A DNA stretch of 64,000 nt from Bilabrum cf. latius (lineage: Eukaryota), in the NCBI GenBank assembly GCA_965178125.1, contig OZ237752.1:434001-498000 (forward strand), in the 5' to 3' direction. Numbering within the stretch: position 1 is the first letter of the stretch; each line of letters begins with the position of its first letter. The notes under the pieces were generated by a model. It searched no databases and was not told the DNA's origin. It saw only the letters and a list, made by a program, of their open reading frames with translations. The translations under genes and the position numbers were made by a program. This document shows, piece by piece, positions 47,026-59,582 of the stretch.

Positions 47026-49583
47026 ATAATTATACAGAGGTATAATAGGGCCACAATCGGGCTTGCGTCCTGTGCAGAATTGGCCATGCACGGTGTTGCT
47101 GCAAGGCCACTGATATCAGCCTTCATCGCTTATTTGTGCTTAGCCTTCGCAGAAGCATCTCAGTCAATCCCAAAATTCTCATTGGAGTCTTGTAAACCTA
47201 TATCTAGCGTTTCGGTTGCTAGCAAGTAGTCAAGAAGCAGCCCGTCCCATGCGGCCAGTTCGAGCCGACGCGCTGGGTCCAAGCGTAAACGGCAAGAGGA
47301 CAATGCAAATAAATCGACAAAAGATGATGATTTACGTGATTTGTTGGGCGAAGCATAGGCCAGCGATGATGAGATGGACTATGTCGGCGATTCAGACGAG
47401 GACGAGCCGGTATCCAGTCGGTCTGCAACTTTGAGCCGGCCTCCGGTGCAGCATCGTAGGAGGCAGTAGGCTCACCAAGCAAAGCGGCGCAGAATAGAGC
47501 AATATGAAAGTATGTTTCCTATGGACAAAATTGCATCGTTGGTTGATGAGCCTGAATATAGGTACTTCTTGAATGACCGGGTTGTGATTGGCGGTGATGG
47601 GATCCCGATCGCTCGCACAGCGGCTACTCATGTGGCTGCTACTGAGTATGTCAAAGGCTGGATGACGGCTCATCATGAACAACCAATATCTCCAATACGC
47701 ATTCTGTGCTCGCTGGTGCCTCTCGATATTGCATTTTCGTGGCGAGGCACTGCAGCGGCAGAGGTAGCTGGCCAGGCAGCCGGCCAGCCGGCAGCGACCA
47801 ACCAATGGACATGCCAGTTGCCATGATGTTCCTGGCCGTGGTATTGACTCGGTCTCTCATTCGACCCCGGATACCTTTAGAATTGCTGCAATCAAAGTAG
47901 TTCCTGGTGCGCATGAAAGACGATATCGTAGTGCAAGACTGGAATCGGTTCCATCGAAACTTGTCTTTCGCCGGGAGGTTGCAGGAGGCTCCGGCACCCC
48001 TGCTGGCGGAGGAGCGCGCCACAATGAGGCTAGGGAGTGTGGGCAGTCCTCGCGAGCGGGTACTCATAGAATATCCACCAGGCATGCTAGATGCAGTTTC
48101 AGAGTACTTTCGTGCCGCTACTTTGAGCCCAAAGAGCATCGCCGTCGATGAGATGATGGTGATGGCGTACGGCCGAAATCGGGCATGTGTCATCATGCCG
48201 AACAAGCCCACATCGCATGGCTTTAAGCTATGGGCAGCTGCACGAAAAGACGGGTATGTGTACCATTTGGATCTAGCAACATCTGTTGCCGATGATACAC
48301 GATAGTACAGAGGGAAGACTGAGTACTCGTATAAGGTAGCAACCGGCAGCGGCACCGCTGCCGGGTAGCTGACCCGGATGGACCTGCAAACAGCAGCTGT
48401 TGCGTCGAAGGCAATGGGCAAAAACTTGAACGGGGGCCTCCTAGCGGTGGATAACTACTTTACATCGGCTCCACTGTGTGATTGGGCCACCAGCAAAGGC
48501 CTTCGGGTTGTTGGCACGCTTCGCCAAGGCAAAGTGAGCGGTGAGCTGTACCACGCGATTGGCTAGCTGAACAGACGAACCCCAGGCGAACGCGGGCATA
48601 CTGTGAAGCGCGCTCTTCTTGGGCCCAGCAAAGTATCTTTATGTAATGTAACAGCTGGTGATGTTTTTGATGCGAGTGAGCTTCCTGCGGGATCGCTGCT
48701 GGCCGAAGAGGACCTTGGCAGTCGGGGCCTGTTGAGCCCTGGCCAGACAGTAGCCTTTGACTCGCCAGATGATTCAGCTTATGGGATGCAAGTTTTTGGA
48801 TACTGTGACCGCGAACCATTTCTTATGGCTTCTAACATTCCTACGAAGTACTTTGTTTGCTTGGTAAAGACGCTACGGAGAGATGGTGGCGACCTGAGTG
48901 TGGTGAACGCGCCCCTCGTGTCCGTCCTCTACAACAAGTACATGGGGGGTGTGGATCTAGCTGACAAGTTCCGGACGCAACTTTCGCTAACAAATTCATT
49001 CCAGGGAGAGACTAGGGCATACTTAAGAGTGTGGGAAGGTTTAATGGAGCAAGTTATCGTCAATACGTACATCATCTGGGTCAACTTGGAGGCACGTCGA
49101 CTGCTACGCCACGGACCCACTCGTCGGCAAGCTGCTGGAGCTAGCAGCAAATCCGTTCAGGAACAGGTTTAGCACATGGTGCGGCATCGACAGGCTCGTG
49201 GTATGTTTGTACAGCTGTTGTATGACGAATTGATGCGTCCTTACCGACATGCACGTGCAGGAACTCGCGGTGCTGCAACCTCAGCTGGGATGCGTGCGGA
49301 GGCGACCCCCGGGAACCTTGGATGTAGAAAGCAGCACGTGGTAGCTACGCTGCTGGGCTCGCTCCATTTGATTGGAAAGGAGTAGTTACAAGCAGGACTG
49401 ATTAATTTTCTCAGTAGCGGACGATCAAAGAGCCGTCGAGGGGGGTGCAGCGCCAAGTGCAAGGGCTCCAGATGCAGCAAGCGGCAGCATCATTAGTCGG
49501 TTTCTTCCTACAAAGTGTGTTCACGCTGCTGCAAGTTCATTTGTGGGGATTGTAAAGAATCTCTGTATCATCTGGAAACATGA
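47026..49583 (+). pseudogene. piggyBac-type transposase (DDE_Tnp_1_7-like plus C-terminal Cys-rich domain) with 10 in-frame TAG and one apparent frameshift near 47730-47826
   Basis: Catalytic D/D/D in IAVDEMMV..MPNKPTSHGFKLW, LAVDNYFTS..VGTLR and YNKYMGGVDLADK. Cys-rich tail CSAKCKGSRC..CSRCCKFICGDC ends TGA 49581. The acidic/basic N-terminal part (open 47026-47826) is in a different frame from the core. An upstream exon from ATG 46668 with intron 46969-47037 is possible. The frameshift may be real decay or an assembly indel. Confidence 0.8.
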
Positions 49584-50026
49584 TTTGGCTGTGATGTAGA
49601 TTAAGTTGATATAAATGCCAAGTAGATAGATGCACAAGAATCGGGTCACGAAGCACGTAATTCATGGCAGGTCCACATTCGATTCAATATCTTGTAAACC
49701 GTTTGGTAACTTTTTTGCGCTAAGACTTATATATAATATAACCACCGATTAATTCAAAAAAGCTTGTTTATTTTGCAAGCATGCCTGCTTGGACAAACTT
49801 CTGCAGTATCAAAGTAGCCCTTCCTGAAAATCGAGCGTTTGGTTTCATGACCACCAAGTATACTATTGTCGCAAGTTTATCAATGAGTAACACTCGCAGT
49901 CGATAGTTAACTTATACAATTTTCAATATCTTGATATTATTTTAGGATTACTTGAATGGTACGCGAGAATCGGTAAGGTGAATTGAAGGTACCGATATCG
50001 GCGATACCGGTCGGTCGGCCAAATCC

Positions 50027-50044
50027 GACCTTTCACGGCGCCGG
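50027..50044 (-). repeat. Right terminal inverted repeat core of the transposon
   Basis: GACCTTTCACGGCGCCGG, the exact reverse complement of 46150-46167. Confidence 0.9.
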
Positions 50045-50099
50045 GTAGACTGCTACAGTAATAATAAAATCATGAGAACCTCAAACTGGCGCGTTAGTT

Positions 50100-53000
50100 T
50101 TAGAAGCGGTCCGGGGAGCTCAGGAACCTGGACGGGGACAGCATCGGCGGCCTGGACACTCGCCGCAGATTCGATACAGAGCCAGACCTCTGCTGCCTCC
50201 TCTGAGTCGACCTGCGACCGACTGGTGACATGACGCCCACGGACCCAGCCTCGTACGGTGTGCCGCGGTGGTCATCGACACCACCCCCCTCATCCCAGTG
50301 CCTCGACTCTCCTCTCGCTGCCGGGCTACCCGGCACGCTCCCATCATCGTCCTCCAAATGGCTGTGCGCAGCAACCCCAGCCCCCCCCTCTCCATCCCCA
50401 CCGACTGCACGCCCCTGCGACAGTGCAGTGCCCCGCACATCCCCTTCGCCGGCAAGGCGCACGCCCTCCACATCCCCGTGCCCGAACTCGCCACCAACCG
50501 CCGCCCCCAATATGCCGGCCCCTGTGCTGGAATAGATCGATCCTCCAGATAGGGTTTCCTGGCTAGTGCCACCGTGCAGTGCACCTTCAGACGTCGACAG
50601 GCCACTGCGAGCCCCGCCTTCGGACCCTGCAGTCCCGTGCCCTGACCCGGCACCGGAGCTGCCAAGGTCATTTGAGGCACCGGACCCGCGCCGGCCGCCC
50701 GTGCCGCTCTTCTGCGACTCGTGCCCCCCTGCACCCAAAGAGCCTCTCAGCAGACCCATGCGGCCGGGAGTCAGGCCCGTGATCACCACTGACTGCCGCA
50801 GGCCAGGCACATCCATCCTGGGGCGGGTCGCGCTGCTGCGACTCCGCTGAGCACGAGCAGAAGAAGATAGACCCGAAGAGGACGAAGATGAAGATGAAGA
50901 TGAAGATGAGGCACGATGGGAACCGCCAGCGGCTTCAAACTCCCCGTGCAGCGACCTCGACGTGGTCCTCCCGCCGCCCTCCCCGTCTCCCTCCAAGGCC
51001 TGCTTCCCACCGAATACACCGCCTCTCAGCGCTCCAGTGCCCACCGCGTCCTGTCCGCGGCTCGACCCTGCCAGGGCCCGTACCAGCCGATTCCCGATGC
51101 CAGGCACGGACGACGCCGCTGCCTCAGCCTCCTGCGCGGCACGGCGGGAGGGAGACAGAATCACGAGGTCATGCGCCCCCGAAAGCACGTCAGGCGCAGC
51201 GGCGTGGGACTCGCGCGAGGCCTCGTCTACAGTGTCTCCGTCGATGCTGCTCCGCCCGACGATCCCGCCGGCCGCCCTGCGTCCCTGCTGGCCAGGGCTC
51301 ACGTCGAAGGAGCCCGACAGCCCTCCGATGCCCTCAGAGGAAGACCCCCTCGAGCCCAGCCTGAGCTTGTCTCCGCCCCTGACTCCGGCTGGAGGCAGCT
51401 GGGTGTGGCCCTCTCCGGAGGAGGAAATCACGCGGGAAGCCGCGCTCGCTGCCGCAGCAGCCGCGGCTGCTGCAGACGCAGTTGGGGAAGAAGCCGAGCC
51501 CCGCTGGCTCTCTCCCGACTCGGCGGGGTGTGCATCCCCATCCATGGGACTCGAGGCCAGCGGCATCGGAGGCATCCTCGGAGACAGCCCGCTGGCCCCG
51601 TCCTCTTCACCCAGACTGGGAGGAAGAGCAGAGGGCCCGCTGCTGTCAGAGTGCTGCGAGCGCTCCCGCAGCATCACGGCACTGAGGCCATCTGCGCCCA
51701 TCTACGCCAAGGACCCCTCAAACTCTAGCCTGCGCTGGACAGAGCGCGCCCCAAGTCGCATCGAGTCCGACACGCTGGGCGACAGCACAAAGCCGCCCGC
51801 GAGGTCCTCCAGCGTAGCGCGGGGGTGAGAGGACAGCGACTCGCCGACGCACGACCCGTCAAGAGGCGCCCTGCAAGGGGTGAGGCCGTCATGATCCGAG
51901 GTTGCAGCCGAGACAGCGCGCCCCGCAGGCTTGGCTTCGCTCGCAAATAGGCCTGCATAGGCGAGAGGCCCGCCGGCCGCGTCGATAAGTGCCAGCGTAG
52001 TCGGCGCGCCAGTTCCAACGGCTCCATGCGCGGCAGCCTGCAAGCCAGGGAACGTGCCCAGCCGCCCGGTCTCTGTGTCTGGGGATGCCTGCACGCCGTT
52101 CTTCGCCCGTGCCTGCACCTCCAGGTCCATCAGGAGCTGCTCGTCGGCGGCCTTTTCCCTCTCTAGCCTCGCTACATCACGGGCGGATCGCTTCCGGCCC
52201 GCGCTGCGAGTCGCACCGCCACGGCCCCGCGAAGACGAAGAGGACGCAGACGAGGCATATGAGCGCCCAGACGCACCTCTGTCGATTCTCCTGCGCTTGG
52301 CACCCCTAGAATCGGCAGAGCCTGGCGTTTCACCACCCCTGGCGGCGGGGGCAGCCCGATGCATGGTCTTGCCACGGGGGATGGGAGGAGACCACGCAAT
52401 CTGGGAGCGAAGCCTCCTGCGGCCAAACGGGGTGGCATCTGGCAGCGTCGGCATGGAGTGCTCCTGTTCCCCGTCCATTGCCGAGAGAGACATGCCGCTG
52501 CTCGATGGCGGTCTCGCCATTCCGTTGGGCAGAGCGGTGGCGGAGTCGCGGCCATTGCGGGAGCGGCGCTGCAGGCCAGGAGACCCGTGCAGAATAGCGG
52601 AACCGGCGCCGCGCGAAGCAGGCCGGCCCGCAGCACCGTGGCCCCTGGCCCCTGCCCCGATAGCCGCCACGCTGGCCACATCTAGGAGAGCGTCCCCATC
52701 CAGGTGCTGCTGCCCCAGCGCGCTGACAGAGGTGCCCGCTCGCCCCGACACACCCGCTCTGGGGGCAGCGGTATCGGTCCCAGCCCCTCCTGATCCACCG
52801 GTGGATCCGCCCTGCTGGATGCCCCCGTGCCCAGCCACACCCCACATGGCGACGTTCTGCCCGGTGGGTTCTGCAGCCACGTGGCCGGACTCGCCCGCCG
52901 TCTCGTCCACAGAGGCCGTCCGCGAGTCGCGCCCGGCCCCAGTCCCTCCTGCCCTGGATGACCGCCCCTTCCGCCTTCTTGACGACCTCCTGGGCCTGTA

Positions 53001-55394
53001 CCCACTGTCCGTGTCGTCGTCCTCTCCGCCGTCGCCGTCGCCGTCGGCCGTTGAAGTGCTCCTGCCCCTGCGGCCACCGCCCCGCCGGCCGCCCCTGCCA
53101 ACGTATGCTTCGTCCGCCTCGCCGTCTGCACCACGCGCGACCGAGCCGCTGCGCGCCCTAGACTGCTTGCTGCAGCCGCTGCCGCCGCGCCTGGGTGCAC
53201 CTGCTGCCGAGTGCGAAGAGGCCTGGGCTGCGGACGAGGACGAAGACGAGGACGAGGACGGTGCGGTGCCACGGTGATTAGCACCAGAGTGCCCGTGCCC
53301 GGCGAGCACCGACGGGTCCAGCTGGCTCAGAACCTCGTTGGTGACCCGCAGCATGGGCCTCTCCCCGTCCTCTTCGAAGACAGGAAAGGCCAGGATTTCG
53401 ACAGGGAGGCCCTGCCTGACCGATGCCTCGGGACCGCCGATCTGAGCCACTCGCGCGATGTGGGCGTCTCTGAGCGCGGTGTACGTCTCCTCCACTGCAG
53501 TGCGGTTCTCCGGCGTGTCATCCCCTTTGGGAGCCTGGTCTGCCTTGGCCTGCTTGGCGCTCGTGCCTTGCTTCTTGTCCTGGACCGCGTACTCGTCGAT
53601 GCGGCGCTGCACCCACTTGGCGGTGTCGGGGTTGGCGAAGCCGTGCTGCCCGCCCTCCACCTTGCGCTTCATGCTGCTGTTCCAGTGGTTCTTGATGGCG
53701 TTGTCCGTCCGGCCGTCCACCAGCCTGGCGATGTCCGCCCATTTGTTCCCCAGGATCCTGTGCGCCTCGAAGATCACGTAGTCCTCGTCACGCTCCCATG
53801 GGCCCTTCTTCACGAAGGGGTTCAGGTGGTTGTGCCACCGCTCCCGGCACTGCTTGCCGATCCTGCCGGGCAGGTGCTCCGAAATCAGGCTCCACCGCTT
53901 GGCCCCGTGGAGCGCGACGAGTGCCTTGACCAGCTCGTCCTCTTCCTGCAGCCACTGGCCCTTGTACATCTTGGGAGGGACGCCGTCCTTGTGCTTGGTG
54001 GCGCGGGTGCCGGGCCGGTTGCCCAGGTGCGGTGTGGCCGGGGAGGCGAATCCACGGGTGGATTTACCGATCACGGGGCTAGTGATGCTGCTCCTGCCCG
54101 TCGGGAAGGTTGAGGTGGAGGCTGAGGTGGAGGAGGAGGAAGTGTGACCGGCGGTGCTCGCTGCCTTGGATCTACCGCTGGACTCTGCACCGGAAGCCGC
54201 TCCTCTCCTCCACTGGCTGATGTGTTCCCTGGCAAGAACATCCGCTGCGTTGGCTGCCCGCGCCACGGCTGACAGCGGCTTCCCCTGCCTGCCCCCATGG
54301 TCTGACGAGGCCGAGGACGAGGACGAGGACGAGGGCGGCATGGTGACGAGTGCCCGCATGCTGCTGCCCGAGGACGTGCCAGAAGACGATGAACCGCCTG
54401 CTGCGAACGCGGGGCCCGTACCAGCACCATAGGCGGAAGAGTAGTGCCCCGCGTCACCCTCGGTGCCGAAGCGCAGGAGCCGCCTGGGCGATGCAGCACC
54501 CGGCGCACCCACTGATATACCCTGCGAGTCAGGACCGCTAGAAATTGCGCCGCTGCCAGAGCCAAACCCGCCTGCCCCTGTCCCAGGGCCCCCCATGCCC
54601 CCCGCGCGGCTGCTGCTCAGCTCCGCATCGAAGTCCGCCCGCATCGCCGCCATCGCCACTGTAGATCCCCTCGATAGGCTGCCGCCCGCTCGCCGGCCCG
54701 CGGACTCGGAGCCCCGCTGGCTCATACCGCCTGTGGACAGAGCCGGGGACAGCAACGCGGCGGCGAGGCCATCCGGCGCTCCACCGGTGGATCCCACAGG
54801 TCCGGGAGGTCGCCTGCCCAGACCAGAGGGAGCGTGCGGGGGCATGGCCGTCGTGGACGGTGACACGGGTGCTGACGACAGCCCCACTGCGTCAAACAGC
54901 CCGGTTCGTGCGGCACTGAAGTCACTCGTAGAGGCCCCCGCTCTCAGCCCGAGCGAGCGAGGCGACAAGGAGCCCCCTTGTGCGGGAGTGCCTGCCTGGC
55001 CGTGGCTTGGGAGCGAGGGTGGGATCACTTTCCGGTGCACCAATGCAGCTTGTTCGCTTGGCATCAGGGGGTTGAAACCATGCGGTAGATATCCTGGCAC
55101 GTGCTGCCCCCCTGTTGCGGCAGCAGCGGCAGCAGATGCAGATGCAGCGGCGGCGTCGGCGTCGGCCAGGAGCATCTGCTGCACCCTTGAGGCGATCCGC
55201 ACCGGATCCAGGCCGAGAGACCGGAGCTTCTCTGCGTGCGGGCCATTGACTAAAGTACTGGCTCTGAATGAGCCCTTCATGCTCTTGCGGTACGCCTGCG
55301 CGGCGGCTTCGATGGCCTGGGCCGCTTGCTGCTCCGACACTCGAGGAGCGTCCATCCGACCATGCAGAACAGTGCTCGCAGATGCGTTTGACAT
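50100..55394 (-). CDS. c-Myb-like R2R3 MYB transcription factor with long low-complexity flanks, ~1,764 aa; one in-frame TAG at 51704
   Basis: [73 protein letters not shown]. ORFs 51702..55394 and 50100..51701 abut in frame across one TAG. Ends TAA 50102-50100. Confidence 0.92.
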
Positions 55395-56242
55395 GATTTT
55401 GTCACCCCTTCGGAGCGTACGTGTTTAAAGAAAATAGTAGTTTCTTTAGTCTCGCGTTCTTTCTGGTCGTGCTACGCGAGGCCGTAAGCGAGTCGGCCAC
55501 CCAGCAGCTCGGTCGTGTTCAAAATTGCCCTTGCGAGTCTTCCTGATCCCTGCTCTGAGACTCAGAATCTGGCAGTCTGCGGCGCATAGAAGAAATGATA
55601 AACAAACCAAATACCATATGGTTGCTAATAAAATGACTACGGCACGCTCTGTAAGTGGCAGTCTGGGCAAGACCGGTTGAGTTACACGAGAAATGCAGAA
55701 TCGGCCCTGTAAGGAGTTCAAAGGGTAAACCATATGCAGCACCCTCAACATATGAAGCGGAATAATACAACTATAGCACTGAAGCGACCTCATTCTCTAG
55801 AAGAGCTCCCATGACTGGCTAGGCAAAAACGCTACTGCTGTGTGAGTAGTCCAGGCTGGCTGCATCTGGCCGACACTCAGGCACGAAAATCCGGCCAACA
55901 CGCTTCAAGCATACATTAAAGGCATGCTTAACACATTTGCCCCTCGAACAGGCTCATTTCGGCTCAGGGTGTCGACATACTCGTCATGTCGGGTGTGCAC
56001 TGATTCAAAAATCTGCACAGCCTAAGACGACTGCAGCAGCCGCAATACTGCCATAAAGAGGAATCGAATGCGGATCACCGCTTATTCACTTTGTAATCAA
56101 ACTCACAAACCAGATTATTGTGTCTGAACGGAACCAGGGCGCGCTAGAGGCACCAGTTGCTGATGGACCCCCAAAGCCATGCGAATCTTGATTTTCGAAT
56201 GTTGCGTGCAAGAAGGGAGAGGTCCGTTCAGCTCACAATCCA

Positions 56243-59200
56243 ATGGACGATGCAGCGCGAAATAGAGTCGCACTAGTGATTTCATCGCAAGCTTCGCATT
56301 TAGAAGCTGGACTAGCAGCTATTCTTGGAACCTGCTCACTGAAAGTGCAAAGGAGAGCACCAATCAATGTTGGAGTTGCCGCTGCGCAAACTCTGCTTTA
56401 GGAAGCGGCTTGTGCAGCATCAAATACGTCTTCTGGGGCACCTGGCGGCCAACATGATGATCAAAAATCGGCGAAATCCGCAGTCAAGAAGCCTGGGAAG
56501 AAGAAGGGGACGTCAAAATCCGTGGAGACCCAGGGTTCTTCAGCTGGTAGCGAGACACAAGACCCACGCTAGTACGTCCCCCCACCATTTCACGTTCAGG
56601 AATTGCATCGGAATCAAATAATTGCTTTATTTCTGGAGGTCGACTAGCGCCGCGCTGCTGCTGATCCGTTGCTTGCAGCAGCAGCTCGGTAGGAAGGCCA
56701 GGCTGCCGGCGACGGCGCCCAGCCGCTGGAGTCCCTGGAGGGTGAGAAGGCGCTGTCTGCTGCGATCCGTAGGCTTAGATAGGTAATCGGTCAACTTAAT
56801 CCGGAATGGGGTCGCGCTGCGGTAGACCAGCCGGCAGCACCGACGGGCGCCTCCCTGGAGGACGAGGGCGGCGACGGCCGCGGCGGCAAGGGCAAGGGCA
56901 AGGGCAAGGGAAACGACAAGAAAGGCAAGGGCAAGGCAGCTAGTAGTGATGACTCAGCGTCTAGCCCGCGCCCCCAGTCGCAAGCAGCAACGCCCGCAGA
57001 GCAGGCGCGCCAGATAGGAAGCAGAAAACCGAAAGGGCAGACCGCCGGTCTCCAAGGCAGCACGCTGGCTCGTTGGTAGCGAACCTTCGACCCGGTTCGC
57101 CCGCCCGTGCTCATCAAGCCCTCCAAGAGAGGGTATGCCGAGTCCCTTGGCAGCATATCTGATGACGAGGACGAGGAAGAGGAAGAGGGGAGAGCGGGCG
57201 CGGCCGGCCCTGCTGCTGCTGACGATGACGATGACGACAACGATGCTGACAGCGTGACGGGGGTGTCTGCGGGGCATCAGGGGCGCGTCGGGTTCGCAGA
57301 CGGGCTTTTGGGGGACGTGGAGCAGGTGGAGGAGGACGAGGCAGACGAAGGGGTGCTGGCCAGGGTAAGGGCGGGCGAGTGGCACCCCCTGCTGATCGTG
57401 CCGCCCGTGTCACTCGAGCACGGCAGGAGGATGGTGCAGCTGCTCGAGGCTGCGGAGCTGCAGTCCTTGTCCAACGCGCTGGAGAGCACAGAGAGCAACG
57501 TGGTGGCCGTGCGGGCCCGCATGTTGAAGCGGGGCTGGCAGAGGGTGGACCACCTCATGGAATTTGTGTTCCCTGCCGACCTGCAGACCCCCAGGTCCAC
57601 GGGGCGGTTGCTGCTCCTGTGCGAGTGCGGGCCACTGGACGACAAAGGTAACTTGCGGGGCGGCAGGGCCGGCATGCACGTGCTCAGGTCGCACGAGCTG
57701 AAGCTCATGATGGACGAGATAGAGGCGGAGGATGCGCTCGAGGCGTTCCTCGGCTCGGGGATCGCGGGGGGCTTACCGGAGAGCGAGAGGGTGGGCATAC
57801 TCGCTTCCTTACGGGACGCGATCCGAGAGATGCCAAGGGTGTCGGAGGGCCAGGTGAGGCGGGTGCTCCGAGGGATGCACAAGGACAGCAGGAACAGGAT
57901 CGAGTTCGTGCAGCTGCAAAAGTACGCGACGGGGGTAAGGAGGCAGCGAGTCGCCGAGCTAAGGGAGGTCGCGGGGGGCAGAGCCTCTCAGGGGAAGCGG
58001 GCCAAGAAATACCACGTGTCGCCCCCGGCGCCCATCCTGGGAAAGGGGGCTCTTGCGGTCAGCGGCAGGCCCACGAGAGCGGCGTACACCACTTACTTGC
58101 ACGCCACGCAGAGGGCCTCCGTTGTTCCCCAGGGAACAAGGTCGAGGGAATCATCTAGGCCTCCCAGCGCCGCCACTCGATCGCCGCCGCGCACTAGCGG
58201 AACCTGGAATGGCGAGGTAGGGAGCCGCGGCCGAAGCACGGCAGGGTTCGGCGGCCTGCTGGGCGAGGAAGGTGCTGGCGGTGAGGAGGAGAGCAAGCAC
58301 GGCGGTGGCGGCGGCTTTGGGGGCACTTCGCGCGGCAGATTAGGGCCGTCTACGGCGAGCAGCAGTGCAAGTAGTGCTGGCATGGGCGGAGTAGATGGCA
58401 CGGGAGCGGGCAAGGAGGAGGAGGAGCAGGCCAAGGTGGTGAGGATGATCCAAGCCGCCAGGAGGGGCAGGCCCCCAGGGAGCGTGTCCGATCTGGGGAT
58501 GGCAGGGTACGGCCTGCGGGGTCCCATGGACGTGCTTGGAATGGCTGGCGTGCCTGCAGAAGGGGAGAAAGCTGGGTTGCTGGCAGCCACGGGAGCGGCC
58601 GACGCAGGCGTGGGTGGTGGCGGGCTGAGCAGCGGGCTGGAAGGCAGGATCGGCAGGACGGGCGCGGAGGGGCGGAGTCAAGAAAAAGGCAAAGGCAAGG
58701 GAAATGCCAATGGGAAGGGAAAGGGCGCGGCAGCAGCAGAGACGGGCACCATGCGCAGCGCGACTAGGTACGCCACGGTGCGCGGTGGTCCCGCTGGGGG
58801 CTCGCCTATGGCGGGGGAGGGAACACTGGGGAGGAGCAGCCCACAGCGGGGCACAAGGGGCCGTGGTGCTGGTGGGGGGTTAGGATCAGGCAGACCCGTA
58901 GGTAAGAAGACGCTGCATGCCGGCAGGCTGCTGGATCCTTCTGCTGCGGACGACGAGGCACCAGTGGATGGAGATGTCAGGGCCGCGCGAGTGCTCATGC
59001 TGGCGTCGCATGGCAAGGCCGCGCGGGCGGGGGGTATGGGACGCACCAGGGAGGAGAGGCTGGCCGTGGCGGCATCTCGCAGAGAAGCGGCCTCCAACCG
59101 CAGGAGGTAGGCGGCTGGTTCCGCAGCTGCGCTGGGCGCCGCGGGGGCCCGTGCGGTTGCCGCTGCTGCGTCGGGCGCCGCGGCGCGCCCCATAAAGCTG

Positions 59201-59464
59201 AACTCGACCAGCCGGTCCGGTTACTTCGATCCTGCTGTGCGGCGCTCGGAAAACAGTCGCAGGAGGGAACAGGAGAAGATGCTCGGCAAAAATGCTCACC
59301 TCGTCGCGGCGCACACCGGGGCTGCTAACGGCGTGGCGATTGCGACCAACTCGCTGCTGCTTCGCCGCGAAGCACCTGCTGCAGAGGACAAGTGGGATAG
59401 GGAAGCAAGCTTGCGCCGCACAGGCTTAGGAAGTCGTGTAAGGACGCACAAACGCATCTACTGA
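56243..59464 (+). CDS. Hypothetical protein (~1,073 aa) with possible degenerate EF-hand-like segments; 7 in-frame TAG
   Basis: One frame runs from ATG 56243 to TGA 59462, interrupted only by TAG at 56399, 56570, 56645, 56690, 56780, 57077 and 59108. GK repeats and acidic tracts are present. MHKDSRNRIEFVQLQ is weakly EF-hand-like. Function unknown. Confidence 0.7.
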
Positions 59465-59582
59465 TGAGCTTTCCAGCTGCAAGAGGGTTGCTCGTGTCCA
59501 AATCTGCATTTACATAACTGCGCGTTACCCGCGAAATACGGCCAGAATTAGTCATCCTGTTCTCCCTCCATTTACCTGAATC

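Larger units (their letters stand above)
46142..50052 (+). mobile_element. piggyBac-superfamily DNA transposon (~3.9 kb)
   Basis: A perfect 18-bp inverted repeat (CCGGCGCCGTGAAAGGTC at 46150-46167, reverse complement at 50027-50044) extends imperfectly to 46142/50052. The subterminal regions are AT-rich and enclose a DDD transposase. No TTAA target duplication is seen, so the exact ends are uncertain. Confidence 0.85.
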
